Assembly: GCA_965215505.1 (NCBI GenBank)
Contig: OZ244065.1
Coordinates: 4,288,001 to 4,352,000 of the forward strand
DNA length: 64,000 nt
Reading direction: 5' to 3'
DNA from: Capsulimonadaceae bacterium
GTDB taxonomy: Bacteria > Armatimonadota > Armatimonadia > Armatimonadales > Capsulimonadaceae
Below are positions 19,701 through 28,541 of the stretch, piece by piece. A model generated the notes under the pieces. That model saw only the letters and a program-made list of their open reading frames with translations. It was not told the DNA's origin and did no database searches. Numbering within the stretch: the first letter of the stretch is position 1; each line of letters begins with the position of its first letter. The translations under genes and the position numbers were made by a program.

Positions 19701-20297
19701 ATGTCTCTCACTGCCTCCTCTGCCCGCCGCGCCGCCCTCGCGCTGGTCCTGCTCGCCTGCGCCGCCTTCTGCCCGCCGGGTGTGGCCGCGCCCGGCGCGA
19801 AAAAGGGCGTGGCCAAGAAGCCGTCCGCGCCGCTCAACCTGAGCGGGAGCATCGAAAGTCCGACCATCCAGATCGGCGACCCGAAGCTGCCTGGCAAGCT
19901 GCTGGCCGTCGTGAAGGGGAACGTGCTGGGGGTCGGCCCCGGAGGCGGCGGGGAACTCGGGACCATGACGCAGGTCCACGCGCTCCTCTACCAGAAGGGC
20001 AGGCAGGCCGCCACCTTCGACGCGCCCGTCGCGCACATCAGTCAGAACAACGCCACGAAAAACGTCGTGGCCGTCGGCACCGGCGGGGTCGTCATCAAGT
20101 CACTGATCGAGCCGGGGACGCGGCTCACGGCAGACATCGTCACCTGGTATGCCGGCCTCAACAGGATCGTGGCGACAGGCCACGTCGTTTACCATAACGG
20201 CAAATCGGGCTGGGACGTTCTGGCCCCGACGATGACCGCAGACACCCAGCTCCACTCGGTGAGCGGCGCAAAAGGCCGCGCGTTCGGCAAGTTTTAG
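19701..20297 (+). CDS. LptC-like LPS export protein
   Basis: N-terminal hydrophobic anchor, beta-jellyroll-like pattern (LTADIVTW, IVATGHVVY), position upstream of lptB; start uncertain. Confidence 0.6.
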   Translation: MSLTASSARRAALALVLLACAAFCPPGVAAPGAKKGVAKKPSAPLNLSGSIESPTIQIGDPKLPGKLLAVVKGNVLGVGPGGGGELGTMTQVHALLYQKGRQAATFDAPVAHISQNNATKNVVAVGTGGVVIKSLIEPGTRLTADIVTWYAGLNRIVATGHVVYHNGKSGWDVLAPTMTADTQLHSVSGAKGRAFGKF

Positions 20298-20334
20298 GGG
20301 CCTCGCTCGAACCAGCGGGGCCGATGAGGACTTC

Positions 20335-20928
20335 TTGACTAAAAATCGTGTTTTCGCCGTGGCTGTCCTGACGGGCGCTCTGTCAGGCCTCGTCCCGCTT
20401 TCGCTGTCCGCACAGAAGGTGGACACTCAGAAGGCAGGCGGGACGGCCCACAGCCGCAAAATCGGGACGGTGAACATCAGCTTTGGGGGATTCCTGTTGA
20501 TAGGGAACCGGGGGCATTTCTCGGAGGGCGTCCGGATGACTTCCGCCCAATACGATCTGGCGGCGGAAGACGTCACGGCCACGCAGGCACCGCCCAAGAG
20601 CGGGCACAGCGGCCTGACGGGGGCGACGGCGGCGGGGAGCCTCGCCAAAAAGACGCAGGTGGTCGCCCACGTCAAGCAGCCCCTGCAAGGGGAAGAGTTC
20701 CAGATCTCCGCCGACCACGCCGTCTATGTCCCGGAGTATGAACGCACCGACGGCGGCAGGATAGACTTCACGGGCCACGTCACGGTCGTCTCCCGGTCGG
20801 GCTTCCTGGCGGGGCCGGCCCCCGCAGACTTCGGGAACGGCCCGGTCACGGTCCTGCTGGGGCGGGGGGACGATTACCCGCAGATCCAGACCGGGCCGGG
20901 CCACATCGTCGCGACTCCCGCGCAGTAA
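20335..20928 (+). CDS. LptA/OstA-like periplasmic protein
   Basis: Signal peptide, ADHAVY...IDFTGHVTV pattern, directly upstream of lptB. Confidence 0.6.
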   Translation: MTKNRVFAVAVLTGALSGLVPLSLSAQKVDTQKAGGTAHSRKIGTVNISFGGFLLIGNRGHFSEGVRMTSAQYDLAAEDVTATQAPPKSGHSGLTGATAAGSLAKKTQVVAHVKQPLQGEEFQISADHAVYVPEYERTDGGRIDFTGHVTVVSRSGFLAGPAPADFGNGPVTVLLGRGDDYPQIQTGPGHIVATPAQ

Positions 20929-20944
20929 TTAGGGAACCAACACC

Positions 20945-21706
20945 ATGCCGATCCTACGCGCTGAGAATCTACAAAAAACTTACAAAGGCCGCAAGGTCGT
21001 CAACGGCGTCTCGGTCGAGATCAACCCCGGCGAGATCGTCGGCCTGCTCGGGCCGAACGGGGCCGGCAAGACCACGTCGTTCTACATGATGGTCGGCCTG
21101 GTCAAGCCCGACGGCGGGCGCGTCCTGCTCGACGACAAGGACATCACGCGCCTGCCCATGTACCGGCGCGCGCACGCCGGCATCGGCTACTTGGCCCAGG
21201 AGCCGAGCGCCTTCCGGGGACTGACGGCCGAGCAGAACATCATGCTGGTCCTGGAGATGCTGCCCGGCCTGACCTCCCAGGAGCGCAAGGCGCGGCTGGA
21301 AGACCTGTTGGACAGCCTGGACATGGCCGCCCGCCGCCACACGCTGGCCCGGCAGCTCTCGGGCGGCGAGCGGCGGCGCATCGAGATCGCCCGCGTCCTC
21401 GCCACCCGTCCCTCGTTCATCCTGCTGGATGAGCCGTTCACGGGCGTGGACCCCATCGCCATCGAAGACCTGCAAAAGATCATTGACGAACTCAAGACGC
21501 GCGGCATCGGCGTCCTCATCACGGACCACAACGTCCACGCGACTCTGGCGATCACGGACCGTGCCTACATCATCTCCGAGGGCGAGATCAAGACCTCGGG
21601 GACGGCGGAAGAACTCATCCAGGACCCCATCGCCCAGAAGTACTATCTGGGCCAGAACATGACGCTGATGATGCGGCGCGGTGCGGGGGGGACGCTCATC
21701 GGATGA
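20945..21706 (+). CDS. lptB: LPS export ABC transporter ATP-binding protein
   Basis: [38 protein letters not shown]. Confidence 0.95.
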   Translation: MPILRAENLQKTYKGRKVVNGVSVEINPGEIVGLLGPNGAGKTTSFYMMVGLVKPDGGRVLLDDKDITRLPMYRRAHAGIGYLAQEPSAFRGLTAEQNIMLVLEMLPGLTSQERKARLEDLLDSLDMAARRHTLARQLSGGERRRIEIARVLATRPSFILLDEPFTGVDPIAIEDLQKIIDELKTRGIGVLITDHNVHATLAITDRAYIISEGEIKTSGTAEELIQDPIAQKYYLGQNMTLMMRRGAGGTLIG

Positions 21707-22827
21707 ACACGCTCGCGAACACGCTCCACATAAGGCTGCTGGACCGGCTTGTCCTGCTGGACCTGCTGCCGAAGCTGCTGGCCTCCATCGCCGCCTTCTC
21801 GACCATCTTCCTGATCACCGGGCCGCTGATCGCCGCCTCCCGCTTCCAGGCGCTGGGCTTCCCATGGTGGGTCATCGCGCAGTTCTTCGGCTGGGACTTC
21901 CTCGAATTCGTCCGGTACACCTTCCCGATGGGGATGCTGCTGGCCGCCCTTCTGGGCTTCGACCGGCTCTCGCGCGACAGCGAGATCATCGCCCTGTTTG
22001 CGGGCAGCATCTCGTTCCCGCGCATCATCGCGCCCGTCCTCGCCCTGGGGCTGCTGGTCAGCCTGGTCAACTACACTTTCAACGACCGGATCGCCACCTA
22101 CGCCACCGAGCGCGTCGCCGACTTCAACAGCCACCGGCAGGACATCCTCGGCGAGACGACGCACCCGCTGGACCTCGCGAACCGCGCGGACGGCAAGCTG
22201 CAAGTGACCGTGCATGTGGAGAAGGGCTATGACGTCGTCGCGAAGGCGCTGCGTCAGGTGACGATCACGGTTTACGACCCGGACGGCCGCCCGAGCAAGA
22301 TCATCTACGCCGACCGCGCCATCGCGCGGGGTAATGGCTTCAAAACGTGGACACTGTACGACGGCTATGGCGTCAACTGGCAGGGGGCCCCCTTCAGCAC
22401 GCCCTTTTCAAGAATGCAAACGAATGAGATCAACAAGACGCCGGAGAACATGAGTTTCTTACAGCGTGACCCCGAGACGCTGAATTTTCGGGACTTGCAG
22501 CGCCAGATCAACGAGCTGAAGGCTGGCGGCGGCAATGTCAGCGACGTCCGCAACGCCGAGGTGGGGCTGTGGTTCAAAGTCTCCCTGCCCTTCTCGTGCC
22601 TCATCTTCGGCATGGTCGGCGCACCCCTCGGGGTGCGCTCATCCCGCTCGGGCAAGGTCAGCGGGCTGGTCTGGGCTTTGCCGATCATGCTCGGGTATTA
22701 CGTCATTTACATGACCATGAGCAATGCCGCCGCCGGCGGGGCCGTCCCGCCGATCCTGGCGGCCTGGCTGCCCAACATCATCGGCCTGTGCGTCGGGGCT
22801 GGCCTGATCTGGAAGGCGTCGCGCTGA
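21703..22827 (+). CDS. LptF/LptG-family permease
   Basis: [11 protein letters not shown], 3+3 TM layout, LAAWLPN; ATGA overlap with lptB. Confidence 0.9.
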   Translation: MNTLANTLHIRLLDRLVLLDLLPKLLASIAAFSTIFLITGPLIAASRFQALGFPWWVIAQFFGWDFLEFVRYTFPMGMLLAALLGFDRLSRDSEIIALFAGSISFPRIIAPVLALGLLVSLVNYTFNDRIATYATERVADFNSHRQDILGETTHPLDLANRADGKLQVTVHVEKGYDVVAKALRQVTITVYDPDGRPSKIIYADRAIARGNGFKTWTLYDGYGVNWQGAPFSTPFSRMQTNEINKTPENMSFLQRDPETLNFRDLQRQINELKAGGGNVSDVRNAEVGLWFKVSLPFSCLIFGMVGAPLGVRSSRSGKVSGLVWALPIMLGYYVIYMTMSNAAAGGAVPPILAAWLPNIIGLCVGAGLIWKASR

Positions 22828-22866
22828 AGGGGGCGGATGTGAAGGAATGGAGCTTGAGAGTTTAAG

Positions 22867-24318
22867 ATGGGTGCCGTAGTCTTTTTCGCCTTCATCCTGT
22901 TCGTCATGGGCGGCGTCACCGCCTACATGGGCGACCGGCTGGGCAGCTACATCGGCAAAAAACGGCACTCGACGTTCGGCCTGCGCCCCCGGCACACCGC
23001 CATGCTGTGGACGGTCGTTTCGGGCGGCGTCATCGCCGTCGGGACCCTGCTGCTGTTCCTGGCCCTGAACCGGACCTTCAGCACCGCCCTGGTGCGCGGC
23101 CCGCAGCTCCTGGAGACGAACGGCACGTTGCAGCACCAGAACCTGGCCCTGGCCCGGCACAACGTCGCCACCGAGCGCCGGGCGCGGGAGGACGACGCGC
23201 GGGCGAGCCAGGCCCAGGCGCAGGCGGCGCAGGCGCGGAAAGGACTGGCCCAGGTCGCCGCCGTGCTGGGGCGGGCGCAGAACACCCTGGCGCGCAGCCG
23301 CCAGACCCTGGCACAGCGGCAGGCCGAGCTGGACGGGGCGCAGCGGCGGCTGGCGGACGCCCGGCGGGGGCTGGACACGACGCACGCGGAACTCCGGCGG
23401 GCGGAGGACAGCGTCCACCAGGCCCGGCTCGGCGTCCGCGAGGCGCGGCGGCAGGCGCAGCTCGCCGACGCCCAGGCCGTGCGCGCCAGCCGGGACGTGC
23501 TGACGCTGGGGATCAAGGAGGACGCGCTCCGAATCGAGCAGAACACGCTCACCGCCGAGAACAAGGCGCTCGCCCGCCGGAGCCAGGCCCAGCAGGCCCT
23601 CCTGCTGACCTCGCAGGGCCGCTCGCTGGTCTTCCGCCGGGCGGAGGAGCTGGGCCGGACCGTCGTCTCGACCGGCCAGCCGGTCCCCTCGGTGCGGCGG
23701 GAGCTTGCCGTTTTCCTGGACCAGGTCGAGCTGACCGCCCGCCAGCGCGGCGCGGGCGGCCTGGACAACTCGCCCGCCGTCGTCCTCGCCGCCCCCGCGC
23801 CGGTCGAGGGCGCGGAGGCCGCCGCCGAGACGCGGGAGGCGGTCCTGGACGCCCTTTCGGAGAGCATCGCCGCCCAGGGCGGCCAGCCCAGCGTCGTCGT
23901 GGTCGCCGACGCCCGCTACAACACGTTCAACGGCGAGCCGGTCAAGCTGGACCTGAAGCCCTATGCCAATGATCTGGTGTTCCCGAGGGGCACTGTCATC
24001 GCAAGCCGCGCGATCAACGGGGAGCAGTCCCAGACCGTCATCCTCGGCCTCTTGCAGTCCTTCCTGACCGACCAGGTCCGCGTGGCCGCCCGCCGGCGCG
24101 GCATCATCCCGGTCCCCGACCCGCAATCCGGCGACCCGCGCGTCGGCCAGCCCATCGACACCCCGACCGCGCTCGCCCTGGTCCGGCAGATCCAGCAGGC
24201 CGGGCCGGACGCCCGCGTCACCGCCGCCGCCGCCGCCGACACCTACAGCGCCGACCTGCTGCGCCTGGACCTGCGCGTCACGCCCGCCCCGCCCAAGCCC
24301 GACACGGCGCAGAAATAA
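22867..24318 (+). CDS. DUF3084-family membrane-anchored coiled-coil protein
   Basis: AYMGDRLGSYIGKKRHSTFGLRPRHTA signature, long coiled coil, conserved position after lptF/G. Confidence 0.85.
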   Translation: MGAVVFFAFILFVMGGVTAYMGDRLGSYIGKKRHSTFGLRPRHTAMLWTVVSGGVIAVGTLLLFLALNRTFSTALVRGPQLLETNGTLQHQNLALARHNVATERRAREDDARASQAQAQAAQARKGLAQVAAVLGRAQNTLARSRQTLAQRQAELDGAQRRLADARRGLDTTHAELRRAEDSVHQARLGVREARRQAQLADAQAVRASRDVLTLGIKEDALRIEQNTLTAENKALARRSQAQQALLLTSQGRSLVFRRAEELGRTVVSTGQPVPSVRRELAVFLDQVELTARQRGAGGLDNSPAVVLAAPAPVEGAEAAAETREAVLDALSESIAAQGGQPSVVVVADARYNTFNGEPVKLDLKPYANDLVFPRGTVIASRAINGEQSQTVILGLLQSFLTDQVRVAARRRGIIPVPDPQSGDPRVGQPIDTPTALALVRQIQQAGPDARVTAAAAADTYSADLLRLDLRVTPAPPKPDTAQK

Positions 24319-24355
24319 CAAGGCACTAAGGCAGTAAAAAGAAGGAGCCACCCGA

Positions 24356-24664
24356 ATGACGATCACGATTGACGTGCCGCCGGACATGGCGGCCCGGTTA
24401 TCCACCGAAGCCGACCGCCAGGGCAAGGACGTACCCGGAGTGGTGCGCGGCTTCTTGAAACAGCGCTTCGCCGGCCGCCCCGTGCGCGCCTACGACCCCG
24501 CCGCGCTCGCGGCTTTAATCGAGTCTTTCGATGAGGGCGATCCTGAAGAGCAGCGCACAACACTGGAGTACCTGAAGGTCGCCATAGACCGGGACCGTCC
24601 CGGTCAGCGCAGCATATTCGGTGAGGGCATTAACCCCATGCCGCCGCCGGATGAGATCGGCTGA
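24356..24664 (+). CDS. Putative antitoxin
   Basis: MTITIDVPPD N-terminus, EEQRTTLEYLKVAIDRDR, directly upstream of a PIN gene. Confidence 0.65.
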   Translation: MTITIDVPPDMAARLSTEADRQGKDVPGVVRGFLKQRFAGRPVRAYDPAALAALIESFDEGDPEEQRTTLEYLKVAIDRDRPGQRSIFGEGINPMPPPDEIG

Positions 24665-24669
24665 CAAGC

Positions 24670-25128
24670 ATGATCATCCTTTTGGATAGCGGCCCGCTGG
24701 GGCTGATAACGAACCCGCGTGGCGGCACTGAGGCGCAGGCATGCAAAGCGTGGTTACAGACACTCGCTCCGTCGGGCCACATTGCCCCGGTTCCGGAGAT
24801 CATTGACTACGAGCATCGCCGTGAGCCGCTGGCGGGCCTCACGCAAGCAATCATGCGTCTGGATGGCATCAAAGCAGTCGGGGCGTATGTTCCCGTCAGC
24901 GAAGAGGCTTATCTACGCGCGGCATCTCCATGGGCCACCGCGCGTCGGCAGGGCATCCCGACGGCGGACCGCTTCGCCCTGGACGCCGATGTCATCCTCG
25001 CGGCACAGGCGGCGACGCTGGACCCGACCGAATGGGGCCAGCCCGGCGCTCCCGTGGTCATCGCCACCACGAACGTCGGCCATCTGAGCCGCTTCGTAGA
25101 CGCGCGCCTGTGGCGTGGCATCCCATGA
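24670..25128 (+). CDS. PIN-domain (VapC-like) toxin, possibly degenerate
   Basis: LLDSGPLG, PEIIDYE, LDADVILAAQA, IATTNVGHL. Confidence 0.75.
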   Translation: MIILLDSGPLGLITNPRGGTEAQACKAWLQTLAPSGHIAPVPEIIDYEHRREPLAGLTQAIMRLDGIKAVGAYVPVSEEAYLRAASPWATARRQGIPTADRFALDADVILAAQAATLDPTEWGQPGAPVVIATTNVGHLSRFVDARLWRGIP

Positions 25129-25589
25129 CCGACCCCTCCACGCCCGGAACGCTCTCCCCGCCCGAAACCCTCCTCGCCGTGGACCCCGGACGCGCCAAGT
25201 GCGGCCTGGCCGTCGTCACCGGCCCTGCACAAGAAGGCCAAGCCCCGCGCTGTCTGGAGCGGGCCGTCGTCGCTACCGAGCGGCTGACTCTGGCCGTGGC
25301 CGACATCCTGCGGCGGCGGCCCGAGGTCGGCAAAATCCTCATCGGCGGCGGCACCAACAGCGCGACCCTCCGCCGCGCATTGGAAGCGGCTTTCCCCCAA
25401 CTCCCCCTCCAGACGGTGGACGAACACAACACGTCCGCCCGCGCCCGGCAGCGGTTCGTCCAGGAGAATCCCGCCCCCGGATGGCGTCGCCTGCTGCCGT
25501 CCGGCCTCCGTTCCCCGGAAGTCCCTTACGACGATTACGCCGCAATTATGCTTGCGGAGGATTATTTTGCGAAAAAAACGGGGACATAA
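25125..25589 (+). CDS. YqgF/RuvX-like RNase H-fold nuclease
   Basis: LAVDPGRAKCGLA, VDEHNTS, PYDDYAA; ATGA overlap with the PIN stop. Confidence 0.85.
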   Translation: MTDPSTPGTLSPPETLLAVDPGRAKCGLAVVTGPAQEGQAPRCLERAVVATERLTLAVADILRRRPEVGKILIGGGTNSATLRRALEAAFPQLPLQTVDEHNTSARARQRFVQENPAPGWRRLLPSGLRSPEVPYDDYAAIMLAEDYFAKKTGT

Positions 25590-25937
25590 CGCAAAATCGT
25601 GAAACAAACGCCACCGGCGCTTGTCTCACGGTTTGGGAACAGCCCCGAACGCTGCAAACCCCCCGCCGCGCTCCCAATGATGGTGAGGCGGCACGCATCC
25701 GGTGATGCCCTCGAACGCACAACAGCGGGACCGACCCGCGCGAGGCGGCACCGCGACACGCGAGGCGATCTGGAAATCTCTGCCCCGGATCTGCAAGGCA
25801 ACATGGATACTTGCGGACGAAAGGACGGCGAGGACCGACCGTTAGCCTATCGCGCTCTGCCAATCCGCGCTGACCGTTCCTTCTGGCGTCGAGGCTTGTG
25901 CCGGGGTGCGAATGTTCATCGCAAGGAGAAACGCTCC

Positions 25938-28058
25938 ATGAAGAAGTCTTTAGTGCTTCTCGCCGGTGCCAGCATGGCCTTCCTTGGCCTGCCCGCCGTG
26001 TCCCATGCTCAGGCGGCCAGCGGCCCGTTCGCTGACGTCCCCACCGACCACTGGGCCTACCAGTCGGTGGACACCCTCCAGAAGGCCGGCATCGTGATCG
26101 GCTACCCCGACGGCACCTACGGTGGCCGCCGGCCCATGACCCGCTACGAGTTCGCCGTCGCCATCGCCCGCCTGCTGGCCCGGCAGCCCGCCGCCGCCCC
26201 CGCCCCCGACCTGTCGGGACTGGACGCGCGGATCAGCGCCAACGCCGCCGCCATCGACGCCCTGCGGACCCTGGTGAACGGCTTCGCCCCCGAGCTGACC
26301 CGGCTCGGCCAGGACGTCGCCGCCATCAACGCCCGCCTGGACGGCCTGGAGGCCCGCGTCAACGCGCTCAATGACCGGCTGAACAAGGATGAGGGCATCC
26401 TCGGCTCGGTCGTGGATGAGCAGCGCCGCGTCAAGGTCAATGGTACGGTGACCCTCATCGCGCTGGCCGAAAATACGCGCCGCAATGGCAAGGCCTTCAC
26501 CGACGAGAACGGCGTCGTCCAGGGCCGGACCGGCTCCAAGGCGCTCCTCCAGTCCTCGGACGTCTACCACGACATCCTGCTCAACATCCGCGGCAAGCTC
26601 TCGGACACCGCCACCGCGAATGTTGACCTGGACTTCGGCAACTATCTGAGCCAGGTCGGCAACACGGCCGCCTTCCCCGGCTACTCCGCCGGCGGGGCCG
26701 CCCCGTCCGTCCTGTCGCCCGGCAGCCTGACCGCCGCCAACCAGTACGCCAACGTCTACAAGGCCTACCTGGATGCCGCCGTCAAGCTCGGACCTCTGGG
26801 CGGTGCCGAACTGCTCGTGGGCCGCTTCGGCAACCAGTACACCCGCTACACCTTGAAGCAGGTGGACGCCGACATCTACACCAACCTGATCCAGACCGAC
26901 TCCGGTGACATCATCGGCGACGGCGCTGCGGTCAACTTCAAGCTCGGCCCGGCCCATGTGAACGCCTTCGCGATCAAGGACACTGCCATCCAGTTCTCCG
27001 AGCTGTACGGCGGCTCCCAGGGGACGCAGTTCAACGCCGCCGTGCCCGCCACGCCCGGCAACCCGTTCGCGGTGGGAACGCCCGCCTTCTTCTCCAACAC
27101 CCAGACGCGGCCCGGCGGCCTGATTGCCGCCAACCATGCGGCCACCCTGGATGAAGGGGTCGGCGGCCGCGTGACCTTCGGCGCCCCCGAGGGCGCGGTC
27201 CTGGGCGCGACCGTCGAGTACTTCGGCCTCAGCAACCGCACCAACAACGGCCTGAGCGCCCTTGACGGCGTGACCGACCCGAACAAGTCCACCCAGCTCA
27301 CCGGGCTGGGCCAGGGCAACGGCCAGTACAACCGCCTGTCGGTGTACGGCGCGGACTTCAACGGTGCCCTGCCGTTCGGCCTCCCCGGCGTCAAGAAGGG
27401 CGGCATCCTGATCGATGCCAACTATAACGTCTCCGCTGAGGGCCTCGGCCACGGCTTCGCCAATATCGGCTCGGGCTACCGCTACCAGTCCACCGACGAC
27501 CAGATCGGCTTCTCCGTCGCCGGAGTCCAGATCAAGGGCGGCTACCAGTACGTCGGACCCGAGTACTCGGCTCCCGGCTACTGGGGTCGGCTCGGCGCCT
27601 GGAGCAATCCGACGAACGTCCGTGGCCCGGTCGTGTCCGCCAAGTATGCGCTCACCCGCAAACTCAGCCTGAACGCCGACGGCGAGTTCTACAAGGCCGC
27701 CTACGGGTCCAACAGCAACGGTACGCCGATCAACTCGCCGCTGCACCAGAACGACCACGTCAGCCGCTACCAGGTCGGCCTGGGCTACGGCCTGACCAGC
27801 GCCTACGGCGTTGACCTCGGCTACGAGGACGTCCGCTACGACCTGCGGAACAACGGCGGCTCGCTCGCCGCCGCCGGTAAGCCTGACGAGAACTACGTCA
27901 ACATCGGCATCGGCCACACGATCAGCCCGAACGCCAGCGTCAAGCTGCTGTACCAGATCGTCCACTACGACGACAAGGGCACCGGCTTCGACCCGACGGC
28001 GGGCGGCGGCAAGACGGACGGCAACGTCGCGCTCGGCCAGTTCCAGCTCAAGTTCTAG
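25938..28058 (+). CDS. SLH-domain outer-membrane porin (OmpM-like peptidoglycan tether)
   Basis: Signal peptide, SLH FADVPTDHWAY...GYPDG...TRYEFA, coiled coil, beta-barrel ending QFQLKF; AAGGAG SD. Confidence 0.9.
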   Translation: MKKSLVLLAGASMAFLGLPAVSHAQAASGPFADVPTDHWAYQSVDTLQKAGIVIGYPDGTYGGRRPMTRYEFAVAIARLLARQPAAAPAPDLSGLDARISANAAAIDALRTLVNGFAPELTRLGQDVAAINARLDGLEARVNALNDRLNKDEGILGSVVDEQRRVKVNGTVTLIALAENTRRNGKAFTDENGVVQGRTGSKALLQSSDVYHDILLNIRGKLSDTATANVDLDFGNYLSQVGNTAAFPGYSAGGAAPSVLSPGSLTAANQYANVYKAYLDAAVKLGPLGGAELLVGRFGNQYTRYTLKQVDADIYTNLIQTDSGDIIGDGAAVNFKLGPAHVNAFAIKDTAIQFSELYGGSQGTQFNAAVPATPGNPFAVGTPAFFSNTQTRPGGLIAANHAATLDEGVGGRVTFGAPEGAVLGATVEYFGLSNRTNNGLSALDGVTDPNKSTQLTGLGQGNGQYNRLSVYGADFNGALPFGLPGVKKGGILIDANYNVSAEGLGHGFANIGSGYRYQSTDDQIGFSVAGVQIKGGYQYVGPEYSAPGYWGRLGAWSNPTNVRGPVVSAKYALTRKLSLNADGEFYKAAYGSNSNGTPINSPLHQNDHVSRYQVGLGYGLTSAYGVDLGYEDVRYDLRNNGGSLAAAGKPDENYVNIGIGHTISPNASVKLLYQIVHYDDKGTGFDPTAGGGKTDGNVALGQFQLKF

Positions 28059-28082
28059 AGTCCCCTCCGGGACCCGACGAGC

Positions 28083-28116
28083 GACCCCCCAGGCGAAAGC
28101 CTGGGGGGTCTTTTTT
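28083..28116 (+). terminator. Intrinsic terminator
   Basis: gaccccccaggc-gaaa-gcctggggggtc followed by T6. Confidence 0.9.
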
Positions 28117-28142
28117 CGTACCAGACCTCCCGCATAAGCATA

Positions 28143-28416
28143 GCCCGGCGCTAAACCGCCGGTCTACACGGACGGGCCGCCCGCTTCGGGGCTTCGGAGG
28201 CATCTCTTCGGAGGGACATGGGGCAGCACCCGTAGGGGTAGGGCTTGTCCCTACCCTCTTCTCCTGTCCTACTCTTCTCCTGCTCTTCGCTGCGGAATGC
28301 GCGGCATGGCAAGAGGACAGGGGGAAACCCCGGCCCTACGTCGCTGTGTCCCTCCGAAGCCCCAAAGGGGCGGCCCACCGGCGGAGCCGGGAGTAGACCG
28401 ACCCTTCAGGGCCGGG
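28143..28416. repeat. BIME/REPIN-like element, family B, copy 2
   Basis: Same outer REPs (gtagaccggcggttta.cgccggg type) and gggccgccc..ttcggggcttcgg arms as 15052-15262; inner GTAG at 28232 and CTAC at 28339. Confidence 0.8.
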
Positions 28417-28480
28417 ACCGACGGGCCGGGATATGCACACGCCGGGGCTGACCGCCGGGACGCCTTTCACGCCGGCAACG

Positions 28481-28517
28481 AAAAAGCGCCCCGGTCTACT
28501 CAAGACCGGGGCGCTTT
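28481..28517 (-). terminator. Intrinsic terminator of the S55 fusion gene
   Basis: aaaaagcgccccggtc...gaccggggcgcttt. Confidence 0.75.
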
Positions 28518-28541
28518 CTGCTTCTGGTACTTTAACGCGCG

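Noticed and set aside
25599-25937. N-terminal extension of the porin ORF (likewise extended starts at 2721, 17082, 33695, 38610, 44741, 50342, 54086, 55755)
   Set aside because: Downstream starts have SD sites, leaderless promoters, signal peptides or stop-start overlaps and match family N-termini
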